The notes under the pieces: generated by a model
Told to the model about the DNA's origin: nothing
The model's database searches: none
Seen by the model: the letters and a program-made list of their open reading frames with translations, nothing else
Source: the human T2T-CHM13v2.0 reference genome, Homo sapiens
NCBI RefSeq assembly: GCF_009914755.1
Contig: NC_060933.1
Reading direction: 5' to 3' (one strand)
DNA: 64,000 nt
Shown here: positions 1 through 24,464 of the stretch, in pieces
Numbering within the stretch: the first letter of the stretch is position 1
Layout: each line of letters starts with the position of its first letter
Translations under genes and position numbers: made by a program

Positions 1-151
1 CTTGGCACAGGCTGGGCATGCAGCCCAGGCTTCTGAGGGAAGGGATGAATTAGTGAGAGCAGGAGGTCCTAGGGCCACGCCCTGTGTGTCCAGCCCCTGT
101 CCTCTACCAGCTCCTCTCTGGAGGGGCCGCTGGGGCCCAGAACATGTTGGG

Positions 152-215
152 AGTTCAGGGCCGAAGGGTGGAAGCTGCTGGTGCTCATCTCAGCCTCTGC
201 CCTTGGCCTCCCCAG
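152..215 (+). ncRNA. MIR6877: microRNA hairpin miR-6877, a 5'-tailed mirtron ending at the intron 3' splice site
   Basis: AGGGCCGAAGGGTGGAAGCTG pairs with CAGCCTCTGCCCTTGGCCT. The hairpin ends on the CAG acceptor (213-215) of the GTF3C5 exon at 216. Matches the hsa-mir-6877 sequence as I recall it. Confidence 0.85.
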
Positions 216-3200
216 CTGTTTGACATCCGTCCCATCTGGTCCCGAAATGCTGTCAAGGCCAACATCAGCGTCCACCCAGACAAGCTCAAGGTCTTGCTTC
301 CCTTCATAGCCTATTACATGGTAAGTGTCAGCTGCCCACCCACCTGCCTTGGTTTCCACCCATGTGGTCCCTGGTCCCTGCTGTGATGTCTTAGAGCCAC
401 AGTAAGAGCAGCCAACCCCCTATCCTGGCTCCCCATCCTTCCTGCCCCACCCCCATCCTGGCCCATCCTTCCTACCCACCCCTGGCCTGGCCCTCATCCT
501 TCCTGCCCTGCCCCCAACCTAGCACCTCCCCCGTCCTGGCACCCCCATCCTTCCTTCCCCCCTGTCCTGGCCCCCCGATCCTAGCATCCCTAAGACAGCT
601 TATTAAAGCCAGCTAGAAAAGTTTCAGCTCCCTGAGTCCAGGGCGCCCTCCACAGCCTGTTGGGCTGCAGAACCCAGCCCCTGACCACAGCGGCCCCATG
701 TCGTCCTCTACCTGTGTTGAGTGGGGTTCAGTGGGAGGCAGATCCACCTTTGATCCACAAGCATGTAAAGACACATGTCATTACTGAGGTTCCAAAGGTG
801 CTGGTTGGAAAGGGATCCTCCCCGCTGCCAGGCCTCACAGAGCATTAGGGGAGGCCAGCGTAAGACATGACTGTGAGGGTCTGCAACAGGCAGTAGGACA
901 CAAGAAAGACTCATTTCTTCTGCCTTGTTGGACTTCCGGCTCAGGAGAGCGACCTGTGCTGCTTGGCGTTGGCATTTTATTTTATTTTATTTATTTTATT
1001 TATTTTGAGATGGAGTCTCACTCTGTCTCCCAGGCTGGAGTGCAGTGGTGTGATCTCTGCTCACTGCAACCTCCGCCTCTGGGATTCAAGTGATTCTCCT
1101 GCCTCAGCCTCCTAAGTAGCTGGGAGTACAGGCGCACGCCACCATGCCCAGCTAATTTTCTTTTTTTGCATTTTTAGTAGAGATGGGGTTTCGCCATGTT
1201 GGTCAGGCTGGTCTCGAACTCCTAACCTCAAGTGATCTGCCTGTCTCGGTCTCCCAAAATGCTGGGATTATAGGCGAGAGCCACTGCGGCTGGCTGGCAT
1301 TGGCTTTTTAGACATAAGCCATTCAAAAGCTCCGTTTAGGGACAGAAGATGTCTCATCGATTAGGCCAGTAGTAACATTGGGCACTTAATATGTGCCAGG
1401 AACCATGGTAAAGGCTCCACGGGCGCTATCTCATTTAATCCTCTGAAAAACCATGGGAGGCCAGGCATGATGGCTCACTCCTAGAATCCCGGTACTTCGG
1501 GAGGCTGAAGCGGGAGAATCGCTTGCATCCAGGAGTTTGAGACGAGCCTAGGCAACATAATGAGACCCCATCTCTACAAAAAAATTAAAAATTAGCTGGG
1601 TGTGGTGGCTCGTGCCTGTAGTTCCAGCTACTTGGGAGGCTGAGGTAGGAGGATCACTTGAGCCCAGGAGGTTGAGGCTGCAGTGAACCGTGATTTTGCC
1701 ACTGCACTCAGCCTGGGCAACAGAGTGAGACCCTCTCCCCCAAAAAACAAAAACCCACAGGAAAGGGTGCTCCTTTTCCCTCCATCTGACAGGAAGACCA
1801 AGGTTTGGAAAGGCCACGTGCCCTCACCAAGGTGACAGGGCCTGCATGTGGCAGAGCAGGGCTGGGCATCCAGAGCCCTGTCCCCAGCTCCTGAGCTCTT
1901 CTGCTGCCTCACTGTAGGCTCTGGCCCGTCCAGGGACCTGGGCCTTCACCTCACCTCACATTTTCCCCACTTTTCTGTCCCAGATAACAGGCCCCTGGCG
2001 CAGCCTATGGATTCGATTTGGGTATGACCCCCGAAAAAACCCAGATGCCAAGATTTATCAAGTCCTCGATTTCCGAATCCGTTGTGGAATGAAACACGGT
2101 AAAAATTCCTGAAAGCTTTGCTTCCTGCCTTTCTCTCTCTTTATCTTTCAGTTTCTAGCATTCTCTTTTGTAGTAAGAATCTTTTCATTTGGAAAGAATA
2201 AAAAAACCTTTTGCCCCCGTTGCTGAGACTCTTTTGAATGCAGAATGGCGTGGAAACGAAAGTCCTAGTTCTGTGCTGGCCCCACCACTGACCGCCCGTT
2301 TCTGAACCACAGTCCCTCATTAAGTGACTCCACGTGCCCTATGGTCCTGTGATGCAGGCCAGGCACTTGTGAGAGCATCAGTGCCCGCCCTGCCTGGGAA
2401 GTGCTGAGATGTGTTGGTGACCGCAGTGGCGTGCTTGGCAGTCTGGGGTTGCCCTCTCAGGAGCTGGCCCCATGGACCCAACTCCCATCTCCAGTGTGAA
2501 GCCAGTGTTGTGTGCCGACGGGCCCTGTGCCCGCCCACCTGACTTGCCCGCCCTCGCCTACAGGTTACGCCCCCAGTGACTTGCCGGTCAAAGCAAAGCG
2601 CAGCACCTACAACTACAGCCTCCCCATCACCGTCAAGAAGACATGTAAGCGTGCCAGGCGCCTTTTGTGGGTCATGAGTGATTTGCCAAGGAAGGCGGGG
2701 CACCTGGACCCAGACGGGGAGGTGGTTCCTGGGGGTCACTCCAGGGCTCTGCCGGTCATTCCTCCCCTAGGAGGGGGTGGGCTGGCAGGAGGGCAGGGCA
2801 TGGTGGTTGGGAGAGACACCTCCTCCCCACCCTGCACATTCCAAGCACTGCTGTTGTCCCCACGCAGCCAGCCAGCTTGTCACCATGCATGACCTGAAGC
2901 AGGGCCTGGGCCCGTCGGGGACGAGTGGTGCTCGGAAACCAGCTTCCAGCAAGTACAAGCTCAAGGTGGGCGCCCCTGGAGGCCAGGAATGGAGGGGAGG
3001 ACTTCCCTCTTGGGGCCGGGCACCTTGTGGGTGACACCTGGGGGGCTGTGATTAGGGCAGCTCTGCCCACCGGGGCCTCGGCACCTTGCTTCCTTTTAGG
3101 TCAGCCTTCAGACACTGAGGGTGAGAACTCGGGTGCAAAGCCCCAGGGCTGTGTGTGTTGGGGACATCTGGCGAAGAGGTGGTGACAAGTCTCAGGGAAG

Positions 3201-6136
3201 TCTGGCACCAGCAGCTGCATGTGGTTGTCCTTCTCGAGCCCTTTGGGAGCCTGGGCCCCCACTGAGCCACGTGACCACTCCGGGAATGATCGGAATTGGG
3301 CACACACAGGAGGACAGAGCCAGAGCAGGCCATGTGGGCTGCAGCTGTGGCAGGAGCCTCACTGGCTCACGTTTCCGTCAGTGCGGTTGCCCAGCGGGGG
3401 TTGGCGGTTTCCAGAGCTGTTCCCACATTCAGGCTCCCGCAAGCCGCTCCACAGCCCTGGGGGAGGCCGAGAAGGGGGCATCCCGCACGGTGGAATCACC
3501 TGCTGAGGGAGTGGGTGGCAGAGATGAGTGCAGCAGAGACGGGTGATGCGAGGGACTTGCTGTCCCCCAGTGTCTGGGGCCCTGCTTATTTTCTAGGTTT
3601 TTTAGACCTTTGCTGCCTTCCCAGTGAGGGGCGATCATGCCACAGCCTGTGCGGCCTTCCTTCTCGAGGCCTCTCCTAGGAGGCCGTTATCCTTACTCTA
3701 GAACTACATGGCTGGGTACGGAAAGGAGAGAGCAAACACTCACTAAGCCCTGCTTTTCCCAGAAAAGATGTCAGGGCAGCCCATAGGGGGACATAGGGTG
3801 ACAAATTAGCAGCAGTGGGTGAGGGATAAGGTCAGAGTGCAGGAGGGCACAGAGAGCAGAGCCCGGCACAAGGCTAGTGCCAGCCCCATGCCATGGGCGC
3901 CATGGCCTGCTGCACGGGCGGGCTCACCGTTTCCAGTGGCCCCAGGAGGGCCTGGGTGCTCCTCTGCCTCTCCCAGAGCCTCCTGGGGAGTTGGACATTG
4001 TTTTTTCCCCAACTCCTCCGTGGCCTTCCAGCCTGTCTGCCCAACCTGCTCCTGGTGACCAGCCAGCTCCCTGGAGAGACCCCATGGGAGCCTACATGGA
4101 GTCTGCAACACTGGCAGCCCCAGGGCTCTGGCTCACCTTCCCTGTCTCTCTCCCCCTTTGTCACCAGGACTCTGTCTACATCTTCCGGGAAGGGGCCTTG
4201 CCACCCTATCGGCAGATGTTCTACCAGTTATGCGACTTGAATGTGGAAGAGTACGTATGGGAGGGGCCCTGAGACACTGAGGGGGGCCCGTGGGACCCAG
4301 GGACCAAAGCGGTCTCTGAACTCTTCCACTTCACGTCGGCCTTCATCTCCGGCAAGAGCACTCGCCTGTCTGGGAGTTTGGTGCTGCCGAGAGCCCTGGC
4401 ATGCTGGTGGCCCTCGTAGAGGCGGTGCCCTATAGAAAGCCGTGGCTCCAAGCTGCGCAGAGACAGTTCTTACTGTTATGTCCTTGCTCCTCTTCCACTG
4501 TCCACATAAAGGCCCCATGAGGTGGTTCTCAATCCCAGGACCCATCAGATCCCAGAAACCTTTTATCGACTTGTTCTCAGTGATGTTTAAAGAATTGCAG
4601 GGAAAGGGCACTCACTGGGATGAGAGGAGATGGGAACACATCAAATACATCTTGAACTCTGCTGAAAGCCATGGTTCACCAGAAGCATGTGCAGTGGTAA
4701 CACGGCCAGCTTCATGTGTGTGAGGCGGTCCAGGGAGCACACAGGTTTAGGGCCCCAGCTGGGAACACACAGCTTGTGTTTCCAGTTCCTCTCTGTAGAC
4801 TTCGCTCACGGGGCTGCCTTTGATCTCAGTACAGCTCTGCCTCTGGCAAAAACCAACACTGGCATCTCTTAGCAGAGACCCGCCCTGGGACTTTATGTCC
4901 CAACCCTCTCCCCACCCCCAGGTTGCAGAAGATCATTCACCGCAATGACGGGGCAGAGAATTCCTGCACAGAACGGGATGGGTGGTGCCTCCCCAAGACC
5001 AGCGACGAGCTCAGGGACACCATGTCCCTCATGATCCGGCAGACCATCCGCTCCAAGAGGCCTGGTAAGAGCCGCTTGGGGTAAAGGGGGTCCAGGATGC
5101 CTGGTGATCTCCTTTGAGACAGAGGTGTCCCTAAGGGGACCCATTCCTGGGAAATGGCACCCAGGTGGCATCATCTTGCCCCTGGCCCTGGTGGGAGGAG
5201 GACATTGTGAGCCAGAGCCCAGCCCAGGTGCTGGCATCACCCCAGCTGCCCAGAGGCTGCCTCAGCCGAGGCCCTCAGCCCTGCGGTCCGGGGCAGGAGA
5301 CAAGCCCAGAGGGGCTGGGTGCAGCAGCCTGGCACTGCCATCGGGGCCTCCACCTGACGCCCTCACACCAGCCCATGTCTTTCAGCTGTGCATGCGCAGG
5401 CTCTGCCTCTGTCTTCTTCCTGTTCTGTGTGGCCCAGCCCCTTCCTGGAACCAGGCAGCCCTGGCAGGAGTGAGGGCCAGCTGCAGGGAAAGTGAAGGGG
5501 GCAACACCTGCCAGGCTGTGGGTCTCACGAGGCTCGGGGGAGTTATAAGAGGCCCCCTCTCTCAGGGAACTCCTCCCAGGCTTGGGGAGGAGGCATCCTG
5601 GACCCAGCCACGCCCCACAGATCTGACCGAAGCAGGGGTTCTTGGTCTTGCTTGGAACCCAGATTCAGCCCCCTTTGGGAATCTAATCAAGGGTGTGGAC
5701 CCTTTCCCAGAGAAAATGGTGTGTTCACTCCTGAGGGTCCATGGGCCCTTGAAGCTGCTCATGGCTCCCCTGCTGCAGGATTCCCCTGGGTGCCCGTCAA
5801 ACTACAGCTTCCCTGGGGGGCCTCCACCCCATACTTACCCACCAGCTTCTTAAGAGCTCGAGCTCGGACCCTTATAGTAGTAAACAGGCTTCCCAGAGCC
5901 TGGTGGCCTTTCTGGGGCCACCCGGCAGCCTGCATGGGACACCCATGGCCTTGTCTCCTCCGGCCCCAGCTCTCTTTTCCAGCTCAGCCAAGGCTGATGG
6001 CGGAAAAGAGCAGCTGACGTACGAGTCTGGGGAAGACGAGGAGGATGAGGAGGAGGAGGAAGAGGAGGAGGAGGACTTCAAGCCATCCGACGGCAGTGAA
6101 AACGAAATGGAGACAGAGATTCTGGACTACGTGTGA
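216..6136 (+). CDS. GTF3C5: General transcription factor IIIC subunit 5 (TFIIIC63), 3' part; exons 216-320, 1984-2098, 2564-2644, 2868-2965, 4168-4250, 4922-5064, 5970-6136 (stop)
   Basis: Every exon has AG/GT boundaries and compatible phases. Translation [13 protein letters not shown]...[18 protein letters not shown]...[11 protein letters not shown]...CTERDGW fits the Tau95/TFIIIC63 family. Ends in the acidic tail [34 protein letters not shown]. Confidence 0.96.
410..590. repeat. Degenerate C-rich tandem repeat (CCCCATCCTGG / CCATCCTTCCTG units) in a GTF3C5 intron
   Basis: Units are directly visible. Confidence 0.7.
975..1295 (-). mobile_element. Alu (AluS-like)
   Basis: Antisense Alu consensus with a (TTTTA)n tail. 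Confidence 0.92.
1459..1752 (+). mobile_element. Alu (AluJ-like)
   Basis: Dimeric Alu with J-type GGATCACTTGAGCCCAGGAG. Confidence 0.9.
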
Positions 6137-6638
6137 CAGGGCCCAAGGCTGGGCCTCCCTGACCCGGCCAGACTGGTGTCTGGCCTAATGAGGGAGCCGG
6201 GGCTCCCCATTGCCACCCACAGTGCCCGGAATGGCCCTAGGAGGCCCTCTGAGGAGAGCTAGAGTCCCAGCAAAGGGTGCAGCTGACCCTAGCACTGGCT
6301 GTGACATGCTGCTTGGTGCTGCCTCTGGTCCTGAGGGGTTAGGGACATCCCCAAAGGGTATACCCTGGCTCTGCCACCCATGAACCAGCCCAGCATCCAG
6401 CCAGTGAGTGGGCACCCAATGCCTCTCAGGATGAGACCAGTAAATGCCGGAGGTGGAGCTGGGCAGCTGTGGAGCCCCAGGCCACAGGCCAGTCTCGCTT
6501 GGCTCTCATGACTGTGGTGGTGGAGATAGCGTGGGGAGCCTCGCCCATGGTCTCACGTGGCAAGAAGTGCCTTTAGCTCTGGATCCCAACCGTTTGGCAC
6601 AGCTTTGGCCACAGCCAGGCCCCTCTGGAATTGTCCTT

Positions 6639-6644
6639 ATTAAA
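6639..6644 (+). terminator. GTF3C5 polyadenylation signal (variant ATTAAA)
   Basis: ATTAAA followed about 20 nt later by a GU-rich element (TCTTGGTTTCTTGGTGTG). Confidence 0.7.
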
Positions 6645-7355
6645 CCAGTTTCCCGAGAAGTCTTGGTTTCTTGGTGTGAATGTTGGCGCTGCAGGGGAGT
6701 CTTCTTATTGCCTTGGGGCTTGGGCCCCCTTTGTCCCTTCATATATTCCTTCATTCATTCCTTCATTCATTCAGTGACATGCTGGCAGTGCTGGCCTGTG
6801 CCCCCCTCACATGTGGTCGGGTTGGGTGAGGGCAGCTAGGAGGACTCCAGGCCTGGGGTCAGTTCTTCTCTAAATGAATACCTTCTTGACAAAGTCATGG
6901 GAAACGGGCCCTGCTGTCCTGTGGCTGCCCAGTGTGAAACTAGTGGGTCCTGAGCCCACCGAGCCTGCCTGCCTGGCCCCGCTCCCCATGTTGCCCTTGG
7001 CTGAGGCACCTCTTGTGTCTCCCCAAGTCGGCAGCAGCACTCCCTCCCAACCTGTGTGCGTGCCGAGTATTTGTTGAAGAAACAGTCAGTTGTCAGAGAA
7101 TGGCCCTGTTCTGGATTGGCTGGTTGCTTCTGTGTGGTGCTGAACCTGCTCCTCTCTCCCCTGTATTTCCTGGGGACAGGTGGAGGCTCAGCCAGATTCG
7201 GGTTCAAGGTCTCTTCCTAGGCTGCGTCAGTCTGCATGCACGGGAGGTCTGCTTACTAGGATTGACCAGCAGGTTTAGGTGTTGTCAGCCTGATGTGTTG
7301 GTCTTTTATCTAACGGTTTTTGGGTTTCTGTGGTTTTTTGTTTCATTTGTGGGTC

Positions 7356-7640
<285 letters not shown>

Positions 7641-8289
7641 TAATGGCTTTTGAATAGCCGTTGATAATTGCCTGGACCTACTACTTCCTTAAGGGTGCAA
7701 AATGGTGATTTTTTTGAATTATATCGTTCCCTCTGCATTTAGTAGCTGGAATCCTATAAAGGAATCTTCCTCATCGTCTGTTTGATTACCCTGAAATACT
7801 ATTTTCACAGAAAAGAAGGGAAAATGCCTGTTATCACCTCTAACAGTTTTCAGAACAATGAGTTAGTGCCCTGGCAAGGGCCAGTGACAGGGCAGGAGGG
7901 GGTGGAGAGCGTGTTTCCTGGGCTGCCTGGTGAACTCTCACGTCTGTCAATTGCAGGCTTGCTTTTTCATGCCCAACTTGTCTATCTTTGCCCAGAGGCG
8001 GCCTCAGGTTGACCTCTGTAGTCCTTTGACACAAGCCTTGGGTCTTGGGCACCTTCCTTACTTACAGCTACCACGATGCTGCAGGCTCCAGCCCCTCCCT
8101 GGCATTTCCTGTTGCGGACCCGGCCCAACCATCTCCCCAGGGTGCACTCAGTCGGTGTGAATATGGTGTTTAGAGACCCCAGTCTGGTCACCAGGGGTGG
8201 GGCTTGCTCCTGGGATTTCGTTACTGCTAGGGCTTTGGAAGAGACAGAGCCAGGAAATAAGTTTTTTTTTTTTTTTTTTGCCAATTTTA

Positions 8290-8785
<496 letters not shown>

Positions 8786-10017
8786 ATAGATATAAACTGG
8801 GGCCTTCCTTTCCCTCTGCCCTGCCCCAGCCCTCCCCCACCTCCTTCCTCTCCCTGCTGCCTCCCCTCTGCCCTCCCCTTTCCTCCTTAGCCACTGTAAA
8901 TGACACTGCAGCAAAGGTCTGAGGCAAATGCCTTTGCCCTGGGGCGCCCCAGCCACCTGCAGGCCCCTTATTTCCTGTGGCCGAGCTCCTCCTCCCACCC
9001 TCCAGTCCTTTCCCCAGCCTCCCTCGCCCACTAGGCCTCCTGAATTGCTGGCACCGGCTGTGGTCGACAGACAGAGGGACAGACGTGGCTCTGCAGGTCC
9101 ACTCGGTCCCTGGCACCGGCCGCAGGGGTGGCAGAACGGGAGTGTGGTTGGTGTGGGAAGCACAGGCCCCAGTGTCTCCTGGGGGACTGTTGGGTGGGAA
9201 GGCTCTGGCTGCCCTCACCCTGTTCCCATCACTGCAGAGGGCTGTGCGGTGGCTGGAGCTGCCACTGAGTGTCTCGGTGAGGGTGACCTCACACTGGCTG
9301 AGCTTAAAGGCCCCATCTGAAGACTTTGTTCGTGGTGTTCTTTCACTTCTCAGAGCCTTTCCTGGCTCCAGGATTAATACCTGTTCACAGAAAATACGAG
9401 TCGCCTCCTCCTCCACAACCTCACACGACCTTCTCCCTTCCCTCCCACTGGCCTCTTTCCCTCCCCTTCTGTCACTCTGCCTGGGCATGCCCCAGGGCCT
9501 CGGCTGGGCCCTTTGTTTCCACAGGGAAACCTACATGGTTGGGCTAGATGCCTCCGCACCCCCCCACCCACACCCCCTGAGCCTCTAGTCCTCCCTCCCA
9601 GGACACATCAGGCTGGATGGTGACACTTCCACACCCTTGAGTGGGACTGCCTTGTGCTGCTCTGGGATTCGCACCCAGCTTGGACTACCCGCTCCACGGG
9701 CCCCAGGAAAAGCTCGTACAGATAAGGTCAGCCACATGAGTGGAGGGCCTGCAGCATGCTGCCCTTTCTGTCCCAGAAGTCACGTGCTCGGTCCCCTCTG
9801 AAGCCCCTTTGGGGACCTAGGGGACAAGCAGGGCATGGAGACATGGAGACAAAGTATGCCCTTTTCTCTGACAGTGACACCAAGCCCTGTGAACAAACCA
9901 GAAGGCAGGGCACTGTGCACCCTGCCCGGCCCCACCATCCCCCTTACCACCCGCCACCTTGCCACCTGCCTCTGCTCCCAGGTAAGTGGTAACCTGCACA
10001 GGTGCACTGTGGGTTTG

Positions 10018-10115
10018 GGGAAAACTGGATCTCCCTGCACCTGAGGGGGTAGAGGGGAGGGAGTGCCTGAGAGCTCATGAACAAGCATGTGACCTTGGAT
10101 CCAGCTCCATAAATA
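10018..10115 (+). promoter_or_regulatory. CEL: CEL proximal promoter: PTF1-type TC-box/E-box pair (GGGAAA 10018-10023, CACCTG 10038-10043), NR5A2/LRH-1 site TGACCTTGG (10090-10098), TATA-like CATAAATA (10108-10115)
   Basis: Motifs are seen directly 35-130 nt upstream of the ATG. PTF1 and LRH-1 are established regulators of acinar enzyme genes. Occupancy of these exact sites is inferred. Confidence 0.7.
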
Positions 10116-10149
10116 CCCGAGGCCCAGGGGGAGGGCCACCCAGAGGCTG

Positions 10150-19888
<9,739 letters not shown>

Positions 19889-19965
19889 CGTCCCATGAGC
19901 CTTGGTATCAAGAGGCCACAAGAGTGGGACCCCAGGGGCTCCCCTCCCATCTTGAGCTCTTCCTG

Positions 19966-19971
19966 AATAAA
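19966..19971 (+). terminator. CEL poly(A) signal AATAAA
   Basis: Lies about 80 nt after the normal stop and is followed by GT/T-rich sequence. Confidence 0.9.
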
Positions 19972-20388
19972 GCCTCATACCCCTGTCGGTGTCTTTCTTT
20001 GCTCCCAAGGCTAAGCTGCAGGATCTGCCTGGCAATTGCAGGCTTGCTTTTTCATGCCCAGCTCATCTTATCTTTGGCCAGAGGCGGCCTCAGGTTGACC
20101 TCTGTAGTCCTTTGACTCAACCCTTGGGTCTTGGGCACCTTCCTTACTTGCAGCCACCATGATGGTGCAGGCTCCAGCCCCTCCCTGGCATTTCCTGCCA
20201 TGGACCCGGCCCAACCATCTCCGCAGGGTGCACTCCTTCGTCGGTGTGAATATGGTGTTTAGAGACCCCAATCTGGTCACCAGGGGTGGTGCTTGCTCCT
20301 GGGATTTCGTTACTGCTAGGGCTTTGGAAGAGACAGAGCCAGGAAATAAGTATTTTTTTTTAACCAGTAAAAAAAAAAAAAAGTATGA

Positions 20389-20718
<330 letters not shown>

Positions 20719-20848
20719 TTACTTCTCTCATTTTACACTTGTTTCTTTCTCCGCCTATGCTGAAAGTCTGGGTTCGACAGCACCAACATAATTGTTTATG
20801 TTCTTTTTCCTATAACATACATATGCTAGTTTTGAAATATAAGATATA

Positions 20849-21258
<410 letters not shown>

Positions 21259-21439
21259 TCATTTAAGATCGTTTTGCTCATTCTCCTTAAATTATCCCAC
21301 AGAATAAACAATTGTGCCTCTAGGTCCCTTAAGTAACTCTGTGGTTACTTAATTGGTAGATTAAGCCATCTACCGATACACAGTTAGAAGTTTGGGGTTT
21401 TTTTAATCATGCAGATGTAGACACTGACCAAAGACTTCT

Positions 21440-21738
21440 TGTTTTTTCCTTTGAGACTGAGTTTCGCTCTTATCACCCAGGCTAGGGTGCAATGGCATGA
21501 TCTTAGCTCACTGCAACCTCTGCCTCCTGGGTTCAAGCTATTCTCCTGCCTCAGGTTCCTGAGTAGCTGGGCCTACAGGCGTGCGCCACTACGTTCGGCT
21601 GATTTTTTTTGACTTTTAGTAGAGACAGAGTTTCACCATTTTGGCCAGGCTGATCTTGAACTCTTGACCTCAGGTGATCTGCCCGCCTCAGCCTCCCAAT
21701 GTGCTGGGATTACAGGCATGAGCCACTGTGCTCAGCCC
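21440..21738 (-). mobile_element. Alu
   Basis: Antisense Alu consensus. Confidence 0.88.
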
Positions 21739-21994
21739 CTACCTAGGACTTTTAAGCGGATGTTTCTCTGCCTGAAAACAAAGTTTAAGTGTTCCTTTTA
21801 GAGCAACCTGTAAACAGTAACTGTAGACCCTGATATTTATTGTGCCATGAACTTCTCATCCATAGTTTTGCTGAGTGAAGGTATTGATGGGAAATGTGAA
21901 ATTCAGAGAGGCAGGCACGGGCCCAGGCCACACAGCTGGGGAGCGGCAGCATTGGTTGGGACCTGTGTTGGATTTGCAATTCTGCCTTGTGTGA

Positions 21995-22660
21995 TGTAAC
22001 CTGGACTTCATTAAAATTAAAAATTTCTGCTCTGCAAAGACACTGTTAGGAAAACAAAGACAAGCCACAGACTGGGAAAACATTAGCAAAAGACATCCGA
22101 TAAAGCACTGTTATCCAAAAATATACAAAGAGCTTTTAACACTCAATAAATAAAAAAAAAACCTGATTCCACAATGGGTCAAAGGCAGACACCTCACCAG
22201 AGAAGCTATACAGGTGGCAAATAAGCATCTGAAAAGTTAACCTAGGTTGGGTGCAGTGGCTCACACCTGGAATCCCATCACATGCGGCGGCCAAGGCAGG
22301 AGGATCTCTTGAGGCTAGTTAATTCAAGACCAGCCTGGACAGCAGAGTAAGACCCCATCTGTATTTTTTTCAAAAAGATATCCACATCATATGTTGTCAG
22401 GAAAACGCAAATTTAAACAGTGAGCTACCACTGCATACCTGTAAGAATGGCCAAAATCCAGAAAATTGGCCAAACACCAAATGCTGATGAGGACGTGGAG
22501 CAACCAGAACTCTCATTCAGTGCTGTTGGGAATAACAAACGGTACAGCCACTTTGGAAGACAGTTTGGCAGTTTCCCAAAACATAATGCCTATTTCTTCC
22601 ATGTGATCCAGCACTCTGATTCCTTAAGATTTACTCAACCTGCAAACAGATGTTTATAGC
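21995..22660 (+). mobile_element. Old L1 (L1M) ORF2 3' region; continues at 23836-23945 and about 28455-28530
   Basis: CTTCATTAAAATTAAAAATTTCTGCTCTGCAAAGACAC and GGTACAGCCACTTTGGAAGACAGTTTGGCAGTTTC are typical L1M sequence. The YHCIPVRMAKI peptide is a late-ORF2 remnant. Confidence 0.85.
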
Positions 22661-23831
<1,171 letters not shown>

Positions 23832-24464
23832 TAGCAGATGTTTATAGTAGCTTTATCCATCATTGCCACAACCTGGAGGTAACCAAGAAGTCCTTCAGCA
23901 GGTGAATGGATACAATACATCCAGACAATGGAATCTTTTTCAGGTCTAATGTTGCGGGACGCAGAGGACTAGAGAGACCAGTACAGGTGAATACAGGAGG
24001 ATATTTATTTTAAGGTATGCACCAGCTCAGTGGATTCACATCCAAAAAGGTGAGCCTTGAACAAAGACAGAGTGGGGTTTTTATAAGCAGGCTTACAAAA
24101 GAAAAACAAAGGCAGTCAATCATAGAGTGTATAACTTGTGGTCTTGCCTAGCTGGTGGCCTTGTAGCTGTGTCAAAAGAAAAACAAGAACTGGCTAAATA
24201 CAAATATTTGCAAGACATAGTCATGCTTAAGAGGCCAGGGAAAGGAGTAACAGTAAAGGAATTTGTCTTTCTCTCTTTTTTTCCTCAGCCTTGCTCTGGA
24301 GGTGGGGGGCTGTCTGGAGCTCATTCCTTTGGCCTTGGCTTTTTGGACAGCGTTATCTTATAACTGTCCTCGAAGTGAGCTGCTAAGCAGAGGAAAACTT
24401 GTTTCTTTTTCTTTTTAACCCTCACTACATTTTTCCCCACTTCAAGTCCTTTTATAAAAGAAGT

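Noticed and set aside
5104-5853. 249-aa ORF in the last GTF3C5 intron
   Set aside because: GC-rich intronic chance ORF with no domain features.
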